Assembly: GCA_964348515.1 (NCBI GenBank)
Contig: CAYGDA010000001.1
Coordinates: forward strand, 11,357 to 75,356
DNA length: 64,000 nucleotides
Reading direction: 5' to 3'
From: an uncultured Candidatus Saccharibacteria bacterium
Lineage (GTDB): Bacteria; Patescibacteriota; Minisyncoccia; Phycocordibacterales; UBA5272
Shown here: positions 55,573 through 64,000 of the stretch, in pieces
Position numbering within the stretch: the first letter of the stretch is position 1
How the letters are laid out: each line of letters opens with the position of its first letter
Made by a program: the position numbers and the translations under genes
Notes under the pieces: generated by a model
Database searches by the model: none
The model's input: the letters and a program-made list of their open reading frames with translations, nothing else
Told to the model about the DNA's origin: nothing

Positions 55573-57285
55573 TTATCTGTCGGGCGGGATTTCGTAATAA
55601 TTCAGGAGGAACTTTGTGATTTTTAAAAACGGGTCGGTGAGAGTCTCGGACGAATAGCGCGCCCCTTTTGGATATACCTGATAAAGGAACACCATAAACC
55701 TCGGACTGTACGCGGGGAAATAGCCAAAGAATGAGTGCAGGAACCTGTCTTCATAATAGTTGCCTCCTGGACCGACGATTTGCGCCGTGCCTGTCTTTGC
55801 CGCAACGCTGTATTTGGGAATGTTGTGCCCTCCGCCGGCAAGCGCGGTATCAACCACGTTTACGAGCATTCTGGTCACGGCTTCCGTGCTTTCCGGCTTC
55901 AAAATCTGCACGCCGTCATCAGGCACGATTTTCTTGGAAAATCCGCCCTTATATTCAATACGGCTGACAATGTACGGGTTAACGAGTTTTCCTCCGTTGG
56001 CAAGCGAAGACAAGGCCCGCACAGTGGCAATAGGCGTCATAGCTATGCCCTGCCCGAAAGCCGTAGTCGCCCAGTCAACATCCACGACACTGTCCAAATT
56101 CTTCACTAACCCCGGAATTTCCCCGGGCAAATCAATCCCCGTTTCCTCTCCCCAGCCATAACCCCTCATATATTTTTGAAATTTCTCCCGCCCGAGGCTT
56201 TGCGCCACAAAAACTGAACCGGTATTGAGCGACTGCGCAAGAATTGTCTGCATATCAACATAACCGCGGCCTTTACCGTCAAAATTTCTGACCTTTTTCC
56301 CCGAGAGCATCACAAACCCTTCGTCATTGTATTTGGTGGTTGGCTTAACCGCACCCCCGTCAATTCCCGCGGCCATTGTAAGCGGCTTTATGATAGAACC
56401 CATTTCATAGATACCTTCAACTAGCGGATTTCCGTATACATGCGGATTCTCCACAGACCCGAAAGCGTTCAAATCAAAACTGGGAGACGTGCCAAAACCG
56501 TAAATACGGCCGTCTCTTGTATCCATAATAATCCCGCCGACAAGGTCGCTCCCCCATTTCGCCCTGACTTCATCAAGCGTATCCTCCAGGTATCTCTCAA
56601 CGTTCGGTTCAATGGTAAGCACCAGGTCTCCGTCGCGTTCGCGGGAATTTGAAAAAATATTTTTACTCAGGTCAGAAAACACCTCGGCAAAGAAATTCGT
56701 ATAGACAGACGACGGGTCGCGGGAAAGGACGTCGTTGTAATAACGCTCCAGGCCGTAGCGCCCCATGAGATCGTTGCCGTTATAGGCCACGAATCCGATT
56801 GTTTGCGCCGCCAAATTTTTATAAGGATATGAACGCCAGCGTTCCTGAGAAACGGAAACTCCTGGAATCTTAAGCGCGCTTATTTTCTTTCCGTCTTCAT
56901 CGCTTATTCGGTGGATTATTTCTTCGTATGTATCATTCTTGCGCGCGGCTTTATCCAGAAAAGTTTTTTCGTCAATTTTTACTATGTTGTTTAAATCGCC
57001 GTAAGCTTTTTGCGCGTCTGTTATTTGTTTCGGATTGATTGTGACAAAAGCGCCGGTCGCCAAACCCGCGGCAAGACTCGTGTTCCCCTCCTTATCCTCA
57101 AGGTAAATGGAACCGCGGTCAAAAGAAGATTTTACCGGCACGCTGTACTGTCTGTCCGCCAGAGCTCTATATGTGTCATTGTGATATACCTGGAGATAAA
57201 CAAGCCGCAGCCCGAATATAACGAAAACGCCCCCTAAAAAGAGGGGTAGTACCCACGAACGAAAAAGTTGATTCTTTCTCGACAT
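55573..57285 (-). CDS. ftsI: penicillin-binding protein, class B transpeptidase (FtsI/PBP2-like) of the mraZ cluster
   Basis: N-terminal TM, dimerisation domain, 'GSIIKPLTMAAGI' (SxxK), 'SLN' (SxN) and 'KTGTA'. Confidence 0.88.
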   Translation of the reverse strand: MSRKNQLFRSWVLPLFLGGVFVIFGLRLVYLQVYHNDTYRALADRQYSVPVKSSFDRGSIYLEDKEGNTSLAAGLATGAFVTINPKQITDAQKAYGDLNNIVKIDEKTFLDKAARKNDTYEEIIHRISDEDGKKISALKIPGVSVSQERWRSYPYKNLAAQTIGFVAYNGNDLMGRYGLERYYNDVLSRDPSSVYTNFFAEVFSDLSKNIFSNSRERDGDLVLTIEPNVERYLEDTLDEVRAKWGSDLVGGIIMDTRDGRIYGFGTSPSFDLNAFGSVENPHVYGNPLVEGIYEMGSIIKPLTMAAGIDGGAVKPTTKYNDEGFVMLSGKKVRNFDGKGRGYVDMQTILAQSLNTGSVFVAQSLGREKFQKYMRGYGWGEETGIDLPGEIPGLVKNLDSVVDVDWATTAFGQGIAMTPIATVRALSSLANGGKLVNPYIVSRIEYKGGFSKKIVPDDGVQILKPESTEAVTRMLVNVVDTALAGGGHNIPKYSVAAKTGTAQIVGPGGNYYEDRFLHSFFGYFPAYSPRFMVFLYQVYPKGARYSSETLTDPFLKITKFLLNYYEIPPDR

Positions 57286-57293
57286 TTCGCGTT

Positions 57294-57641
57294 CTAGCGC
57301 CTCACGTACGCGACGTTTTCAGAACTGCGGGAGACAAAAGCCTGCGGATCCGTTTCCTTAAAACCAAGTCTGGTTCCCTCCGCCGAAAGAGCCGAGGCAA
57401 GATTCAGATATTGCGCTTCCTTCTCGGACAGAATACCTGAAACTGTCTTTATTTTGCCCTCGTAGCTTTTGCGCTCAACTATATTGCTTATGGTCGCGAC
57501 AACAGTATATAAATAAATTCCAAAAGAAAGCGCCACCATGAAAAACGCCGCCTCCGTAAGCCGTTCGCGGAAAGAGTCAGCCGCGTCTCCTGAAATTGTT
57601 CTGGTCCCTGTTCCTCTCGTGATGCTTATTGTTCTTGACAT
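57294..57641 (-). CDS. ftsL: FtsL-like small bitopic cell-division protein
   Basis: 115 aa with a single TM 'AAFFMVALSFGIYLYTVVATI'. Conserved position between rsmH and the PBP. Confidence 0.55.
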   Translation of the reverse strand: MSRTISITRGTGTRTISGDAADSFRERLTEAAFFMVALSFGIYLYTVVATISNIVERKSYEGKIKTVSGILSEKEAQYLNLASALSAEGTRLGFKETDPQAFVSRSSENVAYVRR

Positions 57642-57649
57642 GGTGATGC

Positions 57650-58552
57650 TTAATTAATTCTTTTAATAATTCTCAATTTGGCGCTGCGGGCGCGTGGATT
57701 ATTTTTTGTTTCTTCGCGGCCGGGCACAATCGGTTTTTTGGTCAGGAGTTCAAAATCTCCCTCCCTGCACAATTCCTGAAAATATCTCTTGGCTATGCGG
57801 TCTTCAAGTTCGTGGAAAGAAATCACGGCTATGCGGCCTTTTGGACGAAGCAGCGTTGCCGCCGCTTTCAGCCCTTCTGTTTCCGCCCCGAGTTCATCGT
57901 TTACGGCAATGCGTATGGCCTGGAAAGTCTTTGTAGCCGGATGGATTTTGCTGTATCCGAATTTCGGACTGGCCTTCTTCACTATTTCCGCCAATTCCAT
58001 GCTTGTTTTAATCGGTTTGAGCGCGCGGGCTTCAACTATCGCTTTAGCTATGCGGCGGGCGTTTCTTTCCCCTCCGTAACCCCAGATGATGTCTGCCAAC
58101 GTTTTTTCCTGCCAAACATTTACGATGTCCGCGGCTGTGACGGAATCCTCTGCCGGCGCGGAATTGAGCGTCATAAGAAGAGGTTCATCGCGCATAAAAC
58201 TGAATCCCCTTCCTGATACTTCCAATTCCTCGCTGCTTATTCCAAGGTCAAACAGAATCTTGTCGGCGCCGTCGATGTGCAGCGTTTCCAGAAGATTTTC
58301 AATGTTGCGGAAATTTTCCTGACAAAGATGTATTTTCGGACGTACGGCTTTCGGTATGGCAAAAAGTTTTTCTTTCGCTTCTTCAAGCGCGGTGCGGTCA
58401 AGGTCCAGGCCTATGTAAGTTCCTTTGGCCCCCGCCTGCGTGGCAAGAGTTACACCGTGACCGGCGCGGTTTACTGTGCAGTCAAGCACTGTTTCCCCCG
58501 GGGAAACGCTCAATCCTTCCGTTATTTCTTTTAAAAGAACAGGTTCATGCAT
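57650..58552 (-). CDS. rsmH: 16S rRNA (cytosine1402-N4)-methyltransferase RsmH (MraW)
   Basis: 'HEPVLLKEITEGL...VLDCTVNRAGHG', 'DLGISS' and 'ISFHELEDRIAK' are RsmH signatures. Confidence 0.9.
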   Translation of the reverse strand: MHEPVLLKEITEGLSVSPGETVLDCTVNRAGHGVTLATQAGAKGTYIGLDLDRTALEEAKEKLFAIPKAVRPKIHLCQENFRNIENLLETLHIDGADKILFDLGISSEELEVSGRGFSFMRDEPLLMTLNSAPAEDSVTAADIVNVWQEKTLADIIWGYGGERNARRIAKAIVEARALKPIKTSMELAEIVKKASPKFGYSKIHPATKTFQAIRIAVNDELGAETEGLKAAATLLRPKGRIAVISFHELEDRIAKRYFQELCREGDFELLTKKPIVPGREETKNNPRARSAKLRIIKRIN

Positions 58553-58556
58553 GATG

Positions 58557-58991
58557 CTAGAGAAGGCCGGCACTGCTTAGCTTTTCCGCCAGAGTGTCAG
58601 CTTCCCCGCTCACTTTCCTCGTGTACGCTTTCCAACGCGCCTCGTCCCAAATCTCAACGCGGTTTTGTACGCCGGCCAAAACAACTTTCTCTTTCAATCC
58701 GGCGAATTCTTTCAAAAAATCCGGTATGAGAATGCGTCCGGCGGAATCAACTTCTGTTTCTTCTGCTCCGGAGAGTATGAAGCGGTTGAAATCGCGGGTG
58801 TTGGGACTCCCAATTCCCAAACCTCCCAATCCTTCGGCAAACTTTTCCCATTCCTCTTTCGCGTAAACGAAAATACATTGATCAAGACCATTAGTAAGAA
58901 CAACTTTCTTACCAAGTTCCTTCCGGAACTTGGCTGGCAGCGAAAGACGTTTCTTGGGATCTAAGGTGTGGAGGTGTTGACCTATTAGCAT
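58557..58991 (-). CDS. mraZ: transcriptional regulator MraZ
   Basis: Duplicated SpoVT/AbrB-like halves 'DPKKRLSLPAKFRKEL' and 'DSAGRILIPDFLKEF'. ATG at 58991 with an AAGGAAA SD. The track start at 59015 is a TTG. Confidence 0.88.
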   Translation of the reverse strand: MLIGQHLHTLDPKKRLSLPAKFRKELGKKVVLTNGLDQCIFVYAKEEWEKFAEGLGGLGIGSPNTRDFNRFILSGAEETEVDSAGRILIPDFLKEFAGLKEKVVLAGVQNRVEIWDEARWKAYTRKVSGEADTLAEKLSSAGLL

Positions 58992-59084
58992 GTGATTGAT
59001 TTCCTTAGTGAGCAAAGCGAACTTTTGGAAATCATCATCCCGCTTTTTGCAAAAAGACGGGGCGAAACTTCACTTTTTTTATAT

Positions 59085-59131
59085 TCCACTTTGTCCCACT
59101 TAAACTATATTGTACTCCACTTTGTCCCACT
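59085..59131 (-). promoter_or_regulatory. tandem MraZ-box operator (two 16-nt direct repeats, each TGGGA-N5-TGGAG/A)
   Basis: On the coding strand of mraZ, 'AGTGGGACAAAGTGGA' occurs twice (59116-59131 and 59085-59100). The internal TGGGN-5 nt-TGGN periodicity matches the 10-bp-spaced TGGGN MraZ boxes described for E. coli. The first copy occupies the promoter spacer. Confidence 0.5.
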
Positions 59132-59137
59132 TTCCAA
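59109..59137 (-). promoter_or_regulatory. putative mraZ promoter (TTGGAA-17-TACAAT)
   Basis: Minus-strand TTGGAA (59132-59137) and TACAAT (59109-59114). The 17-nt spacer is the first MraZ box pair. Predicted leader about 110 nt. Confidence 0.4.
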
Positions 59138-59220
59138 AAGTGGAGTTATCCACACCCGCCAAACTTACCCGCGGTACCCCAAAGGGCAAAACCCGGCCCA
59201 AAAAACGCTCAAAAACCCAA

Positions 59221-59245
59221 ACAAAAAAGCCCTTTTACGGGGCTT
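59221..59245 (-). terminator. intrinsic terminator after the 59235..59558 gene
   Basis: Minus strand AAGCCC-CGTAAAA-GGGCTT followed by TTTTTTGT. Overlaps the stop codon. Confidence 0.5.
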
Positions 59246-59558
59246 GGTTGGCGGTTCCTCCGGCGGCTCCGATGATGGAGTTAATCGCCTCATTGGCCAC
59301 TTTCTCGAATGCCTGGAAGAGGCGCTCGCATTCTTCGCCGAGTTCCGCTTCCGGCTCGACAATCTTCCTCTCCGTCGCAAAACAGGCGTTGTGCGCGTGG
59401 ACTATCACTTCCACGTAAAGGTCCCTGATTCCCTTCTCCCTGATGAAAATACGGGGCAGGATGTTCGTGGGACCGAGCGGCTCAATTGCGGCCAGTTCGC
59501 AGTGCAAAAGCGCCATGAGAAGGCACGTGACCTTCTCATCAAGTTCCGAAACTTTCAT
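59235..59558 (-). CDS. hypothetical protein (GC-enriched; co-transcribed with lysS?)
   Basis: 107-aa ORF with 'AGGAGGG' SD. Sits 13 nt after lysS and is followed by a terminator. No motif. The overlapping 204-aa plus-strand ORF was rejected. Confidence 0.55.
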   Translation of the reverse strand: MKVSELDEKVTCLLMALLHCELAAIEPLGPTNILPRIFIREKGIRDLYVEVIVHAHNACFATERKIVEPEAELGEECERLFQAFEKVANEAINSIIGAAGGTANQAP

Positions 59559-59571
59559 CGTTCGAACCCTC

Positions 59572-61038
59572 CTAGCTTTTCGGTTTTAACGTCGGAAACA
59601 ATATAACTTCTCTTATGTTTTTAACATTAGTTAAGAGCATTGTCAAGCGGTCTATTCCTATACCCACACCGCCCGCCGGCGGTATTCCGTATTCCATACA
59701 TTCCAGAAAGTCCTCATCAAGCGATTGTGCCTCTTTGTCCCCCAGTTTCTTGCTCTTCTCCTGTTCCTCAAAACGCGCGCGCTGGTCTATTGGGTCATTA
59801 AGCTCGGAAAAAGCCTTTACCATCTCCATTCCGCCTATAATAAGCTGAAAAGCGTCAACGAGTTCGGGATTATCAATTTTTCTCTTGGCGAGCGGGAGCA
59901 TTTCTGCCGGGTAATCTATGATAAATGTCGGTTGTATCAGTTTCGGGCGGCAATGTTTTTTGTAAATATTATCCAAAATTTTCATTGCGTTATCCCCCGG
60001 GGCAACTTCGGCTCCCAGACGCTTGGCCTCAACTTCCAGTTCCGCCTGCTTCATCTTTTCCGCCGAGTTCAATCCGGCAAATCTTTTAAACAAATCAAAA
60101 TAAGAAACAACCGCGAACTTTTTGCTGAAATCTATTGATGTATCTTCAAACTTCACCTGCGTGTTTCCCAATACTTTTTTCACAATGGTCTTCAGCATTT
60201 TCTCGACAAAGACCCTCTCTGAATCCGCCGTCTCATATGCCGCGTAAAACTCCAGCATAGTAAATTCCGGACTGTGGGTAACATCTATCCCCTCATTCCT
60301 GAAATTGCGGTTTAATTCAAAAACTTTAGGCATACCTCCGGCCATAAGGCGCTTTAGATAGAGTTCAGGGGAAATACGCAGATAAAAATCAGTTTCAAGG
60401 GCCTTGTAATGAGTTGTGAAAGGAACGGCCGACGCGCCTCCATAAAGAGGCTGGAACATAGGAGTTTCAACTTCCACAAACCCGTCCTTTTCCAGGAATT
60501 GTCTGATGCCGGAAATTATCCGGGAACGAACAAGGAAGCGTTCTTTCACTTCCCCGTCCATGACCAAATCAAGATAACGGCGGCGGAATCTTTCTTCGGT
60601 ATCCTGAAGGCCGTGCCACTTGTCCGGAAGCGGGCGCAGACTTTTTACGAGCATCTTCCAGCGTTTTACAAGAAGCGTCTTTTCTCCGCGCTTAGTCAGA
60701 AAAAGCGAACCTTCAGCCTCTATAAAATCGCCAACGTCGGCCGACTCCGCAAATGAGGAAAGTGCCTCTTCGGGCGTATCTCCTTTCTGGAGGGCCCCCT
60801 GAAAACTTCCCGTTCCGTCATCAAGATTAAAAAAGATAAGACCGCCCTGCCCGCGTATGGCGCGTATTCTGCCTGAAAGTATTATCTTCTTTTTTTTCTG
60901 CAATTTTGACCACAAAGACAGAAGCTCACTTACGGTGTGAGTTCGTGATGTTTCAGAAGGATACGGATTTTCTCCTTTTTGGCGGAGAGCCTCCGCTTTT
61001 TGTAATCTAAGGGCCCTTAGTTCTTCAAGTGAAGCCAT
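59572..61038 (-). CDS. lysS: lysyl-tRNA synthetase (class II)
   Basis: OB-fold N-domain, 'RRRYLDL', motif 2 'FRNEGIDVTHSPEFTMLEFY', motif 3 'GGVGIGIDRLTMLL'. Confidence 0.93.
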   Translation of the reverse strand: MASLEELRALRLQKAEALRQKGENPYPSETSRTHTVSELLSLWSKLQKKKKIILSGRIRAIRGQGGLIFFNLDDGTGSFQGALQKGDTPEEALSSFAESADVGDFIEAEGSLFLTKRGEKTLLVKRWKMLVKSLRPLPDKWHGLQDTEERFRRRYLDLVMDGEVKERFLVRSRIISGIRQFLEKDGFVEVETPMFQPLYGGASAVPFTTHYKALETDFYLRISPELYLKRLMAGGMPKVFELNRNFRNEGIDVTHSPEFTMLEFYAAYETADSERVFVEKMLKTIVKKVLGNTQVKFEDTSIDFSKKFAVVSYFDLFKRFAGLNSAEKMKQAELEVEAKRLGAEVAPGDNAMKILDNIYKKHCRPKLIQPTFIIDYPAEMLPLAKRKIDNPELVDAFQLIIGGMEMVKAFSELNDPIDQRARFEEQEKSKKLGDKEAQSLDEDFLECMEYGIPPAGGVGIGIDRLTMLLTNVKNIREVILFPTLKPKS

Positions 61039-61057
61039 TTCCCTATTCTACCCCCTA

Positions 61058-61513
61058 CTATTCAATACTGCGAATAATATACTGGACGACTCCTTTAGGG
61101 GTTTTAATGTTAACTTTGTCTCCTTTCTTTTTTCCGAGAAGAGAGGAGCCTATCGGCGACTGGTGAGAAATTTTTCCCTCTTTCATGTTTGATTCTTCAG
61201 AACCGACAATTTGGTACTTTTGTTCTTTCCCTGAACCGTCTTTTTCTATAGAAACTGTCACTCCGACTTCAACAATTCCGCCCGTGTGCTTGCCCACAAC
61301 TTCAGCCCCTTGGAGTAATTTTTCAAGTTTGCTTATGCGGTCTTCGGTCCTGGCCTGATCTTCACGCGCCTGATTATATTCGGCGTTTTCGGAAATATCC
61401 CCCAAAGCCTTGGCGTATTCAAGCTGTTCCGCTATCTCTTTGCGCTTTTTGGTTTTAAGCTCTTTGAGCTCTTTTTGCAGTTCTTCGTACTTTTCTTTTG
61501 AAACGTATTCCAT
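61058..61513 (-). CDS. greA: transcription elongation factor GreA
   Basis: N-terminal coiled-coil with 'DISENAEY' acidic tip. C-terminal FKBP-like domain '...VNIKTPKGVVQYIIRSIE'. Confidence 0.9.
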   Translation of the reverse strand: MEYVSKEKYEELQKELKELKTKKRKEIAEQLEYAKALGDISENAEYNQAREDQARTEDRISKLEKLLQGAEVVGKHTGGIVEVGVTVSIEKDGSGKEQKYQIVGSEESNMKEGKISHQSPIGSSLLGKKKGDKVNIKTPKGVVQYIIRSIE

Positions 61514-61583
61514 AAATAGTCAGGAAACTATAACATGCATTGGCTATCTGATAAAGTGTTCATCTGTTTGACAAAAACCATTC

Positions 61584-63338
61584 TCATTGTGTTTTTGAAG
61601 TGCTTGTGGCGGACGTTGTTGTGGCAATCATAGGCTGTCCGGTGTATTCCCTTTTTTCTTTTATGAGGTACCACAAGAGCGGCTGTACGGCGAACTGCGC
61701 GCCTTCGGTATTTTCCGGAGACCCTTGCTCCAAAACCACCGCAAACGCGTATTTTGGCTCATCATAAGGGAAATAACCGGTAATCCAGGAGTTCACATAT
61801 TGTTTGCGCGCCCCCACCTGCGCGGTACCGCTTTTTGCCGCCACCCGGAACCCCGGTATGGATAATCCCTGAACTGTGCCTTCCGTTACAGCTTTGCGCA
61901 TTCCTTCGCGTACGACTTTGAGATTGTTTTCTTTAAATGTAAGAACTACCGGCTTTTCCCCCGTGTCTGGGGCGGAGAGATTTACCCGCGGGGTTAAGAG
62001 CTTTCCTCCGTTTGCAATCGCCGCCACAGCGCGCACGAGTTCAATCGGAGTCATTTGGAAACCGTACTGACCGATTGCCGTGTGGTACGTATCACCAACA
62101 AGCCACTGCTCGCCGTCAAACATTTTTGCCTTCCACTCTTCGCCGGGGATTGTCCCCGAAGATTCACCGGGTAAATCAACTCCGGTTCTTTGACCAAAAC
62201 CAAACATCGTTGAATATTGCTCCAGTCTCTTTATTCCAAGACCTTTCTGGTCTTTGTAACCGCCTCCGATTTCATAGAAATAAACATCGGACGACACGGC
62301 TATTGCCTGTCTCATGTTTACCAAGCCGTGCGCTTTCCAATCTTTGAAAATGGTTTCCTCTCCTTTCTTGAAAGGATTGGGTATGGAAATTTGACCAGTG
62401 CTCAAAATCTGTTTTTCCGGCGTTATTACATTTTCTTCAAGCGCCGCCAAGGCAAAGAACGGTTTAACCACCGAACCCGGAGTGTATAGCCCCGCTATGG
62501 CGCGATTTATGAACGGTTTACTCTTGTCGGCAAAAGGATCAACTTTTTTGATTTTGTATGACTTGAATGAGTTGTCGTATTCGGGAAAACTGGTGAGCGC
62601 CAAAATCTCGCCCGTGTTCACGTCCATAATGACTCCGGCACCGCCGGAAAAACGCGCGCGTTCAGCCAGCGCTCTTATGTCTCTGTACAGTTCCTCCTGC
62701 ACGCCGGCATCTATGGAAAGAGTAAGAGTCTCCCCGTCACGCGGGTAAGTAACTGTATTTTCCGAAACAATTCCGCCGGAAGCATTTGTTTCAATCAGAC
62801 GGCGCCCCGATACCCCTTTCAAATATGAGTCATATGTTTTTTCTATCCCATCCTTCCCTATGTAATCGTTCTGCCAAAAAAATCCTGAAGAGTCGCGCTT
62901 GGGATAACTCACATATCCGAGAATGTGAGAAAAGCCCGGGCGGTCATAGTAGACACGTTCCGGCGGAGCGTGTTCGTCTCCTTCCACGAGTTCATTCGAA
63001 ATCAATACCGTTTTGTTTCTGTCGTAAACAATGCCCCGGTTGCTGAAAATCGGCTCCTGACGGACATGGTTAACCCGGCTGCGCTCCGCATAAACCGCGC
63101 CACTTATAACCTGGAGATAAAACGCCCTACCGACATACCCCAAAAAAAGACACCCAAAAATAAACCCGACAAAAATCAAAGCCCCGCGTTTTATGGGTTT
63201 TTCAAAGCGCCCTTCAAACTGCTGATTATCAAATTTTGGGATATTAGATGAATCCAAAAATATCTCATCCGGATCCAAATCAAAAAGCGACGGTTTACGC
63301 GACATACGAATAAAGCATTCTTCGTTTAAAAAACTCAA
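61584..63338 (-). CDS. mrdA: penicillin-binding protein 2 (elongasome transpeptidase, MrdA-like)
   Basis: TM anchor, 'TPGSVVKPFFALAAL' (SxxK), 'SSD' (SxD variant) and 'KSGTAQ'. Immediately downstream of mreC-mreD. Exact start uncertain because it overlaps mreD. Confidence 0.85.
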   Translation of the reverse strand: MSFLNEECFIRMSRKPSLFDLDPDEIFLDSSNIPKFDNQQFEGRFEKPIKRGALIFVGFIFGCLFLGYVGRAFYLQVISGAVYAERSRVNHVRQEPIFSNRGIVYDRNKTVLISNELVEGDEHAPPERVYYDRPGFSHILGYVSYPKRDSSGFFWQNDYIGKDGIEKTYDSYLKGVSGRRLIETNASGGIVSENTVTYPRDGETLTLSIDAGVQEELYRDIRALAERARFSGGAGVIMDVNTGEILALTSFPEYDNSFKSYKIKKVDPFADKSKPFINRAIAGLYTPGSVVKPFFALAALEENVITPEKQILSTGQISIPNPFKKGEETIFKDWKAHGLVNMRQAIAVSSDVYFYEIGGGYKDQKGLGIKRLEQYSTMFGFGQRTGVDLPGESSGTIPGEEWKAKMFDGEQWLVGDTYHTAIGQYGFQMTPIELVRAVAAIANGGKLLTPRVNLSAPDTGEKPVVLTFKENNLKVVREGMRKAVTEGTVQGLSIPGFRVAAKSGTAQVGARKQYVNSWITGYFPYDEPKYAFAVVLEQGSPENTEGAQFAVQPLLWYLIKEKREYTGQPMIATTTSATSTSKTQ

Positions 63339-63555
63339 CAGTAATTATAATGACGGCGCACAATAAAGCGTAGCGGAAAGAAAAAAGGGCGTTGATTCCG
63401 GCAAAGCCGTACCACCCATCCGCAAAAAATCCTATTGCTATCCCTTCCCAATACGCCGGAAAAACCACGGCAAAAACGATGACGCAGGCAAGCGCTACGT
63501 TTGGCATGTACCAAAACAAAGTAAGAAGTACAAAAAAAGAAATCAGACGTTTCAT
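63295..63555 (-). CDS. putative rod shape-determining protein MreD-like small membrane protein
   Basis: 86 aa with three hydrophobic helices, sandwiched between mreC and PBP2 as in mreBCD-mrdA loci. Assignment by context only. Confidence 0.4.
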   Translation of the reverse strand: MKRLISFFVLLTLFWYMPNVALACVIVFAVVFPAYWEGIAIGFFADGWYGFAGINALFSFRYALLCAVIIITVEFFKRRMLYSYVA

Positions 63556-64000
63556 TGATGCTTCAATATAAAAACCTGACGCACGGCCACCGGGTCAATC
63601 AACCCGCCTATAAAAATCGTTTTAAACGGATCCTGCGGACTCTCCGTCAAATCAACAACTTTTCCAACAATACCCTCGCTGTCTGTTGAAAGAACCACGG
63701 TTTCCCCCGTCACAACAGGCGTATCATGGGGAATTTTTACAAAAAAACCATTTGGACCGAGTCCGGTTATTTTTTCTATGAATTTTGATTCCGTGAAATA
63801 CGCTTCCGTCTCAGCGTACGGAGACGACAACAGTTCCACGGTGGATGTTTCCGACGAAACTTCTTTAACCACGCCTACGGCGCTCCGCGTTCCGGCATAA
63901 ACAATATCCCCCGCGGTAATCCCCGCCGTACCGCCGGCGTCTATTACAAAGGAGTGATAAAGGGAAAGACGCGGGGAAGAAATTATCCGCGCCATAATCG
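63552..64000 (-). CDS. mreC: rod shape-determining protein MreC (C-terminal part; gene runs off the window edge)
   Basis: 'AGDIVYAGTRSAVGVVKEV...GETVVLSTDSEGIVGKVV' are the beta-barrel domains typical of MreC. The reading frame stays open to position 64000. Confidence 0.6.
   Translation of the reverse strand, partial: IMARIISSPRLSLYHSFVIDAGGTAGITAGDIVYAGTRSAVGVVKEVSSETSTVELLSSPYAETEAYFTESKFIEKITGLGPNGFFVKIPHDTPVVTGETVVLSTDSEGIVGKVVDLTESPQDPFKTIFIGGLIDPVAVRQVFILKHQ

Noticed and set aside
59085-59131. Possible CRISPR-like repeats
   Set aside because: The only near-perfect direct repeat found is the 16-mer present twice with a 15-nt spacer upstream of mraZ. Only two copies, the repeat length and the promoter location fit an MraZ operator, not a CRISPR array. 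No cas genes were seen.
58992-59606. 204-aa plus-strand ORF spanning the mraZ upstream region and the GC-rich gene
   Set aside because: It runs through the predicted mraZ promoter/operator and terminator hairpin, and it is antisense to a minus-strand ORF that has a strong AGGAGGG SD and a terminator. Its length is an artefact of GC richness.

Overview
This 64-kb window comes from a low-GC (roughly 40-45% GC) bacterial chromosome. It is densely packed with housekeeping genes on both strands. These include:

- the alpha ribosomal-protein operon (infA-rpmJ-rpsM-rpsK-rpsD-rpoA-rplQ, then rplM-rpsI);
- grpE-dnaK-dnaJ;
- five aminoacyl-tRNA synthetases (trpS, short-type aspS, gltX, cysS, lysS);
- scpA/scpB, dnaB, recR, greA, truD, rmuC and yqeY;
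- a fragmented cell-wall and division toolkit: ftsW-murG-mraY, the mraZ-rsmH-ftsL-PBP cluster, mreC-mreD-PBP2, and DacA-, M23- and Ctp-type peptidases;
- a MacAB-like adaptor/ATPase/permease efflux locus;
- one tRNA-Glu.

The gene content, leaderless-looking promoters, tight gene spacing and the two Cas4-like nucleases are reminiscent of streamlined Patescibacteria/CPR-type genomes. I cannot verify that from sequence alone.

The most interesting observations are:

1. Several short GC-rich (~55-62% GC) single-gene islands inside the low-GC backbone. Two of them (45.37-46.14 kb, cargo of unknown function; 53.56-54.51 kb, inositol-monophosphatase-family cargo) share an almost identical regulatory scaffold:
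   - a CATTGACTTT -35 box;
   - a 4-bp GC stem with an ATTT loop;
   - an identical GAGGAGAAT Shine-Dalgarno;
   - a hairpin terminator with a TTTTATTTT tail.
2. An AT-rich island directly 3' of tRNA-Glu. It carries a protein with a canonical HEPN RNase motif (R-N-x3-H), a degenerate tyrosine-recombinase C-terminal remnant, and a membrane-anchored helical protein. This is a candidate integrated defence or toxin module.
3. Tandem MraZ-type operator boxes overlapping the mraZ promoter.
4. Two paralogous Fe-S Cas4-like PD-(D/E)XK nucleases. One is adjacent to rmuC.
5. A membrane-anchored Ada-like Zn-domain protein and a stand-alone Ogt/MGMT-like alkyltransferase.

I saw no CRISPR array, rRNA or intact mobile element.
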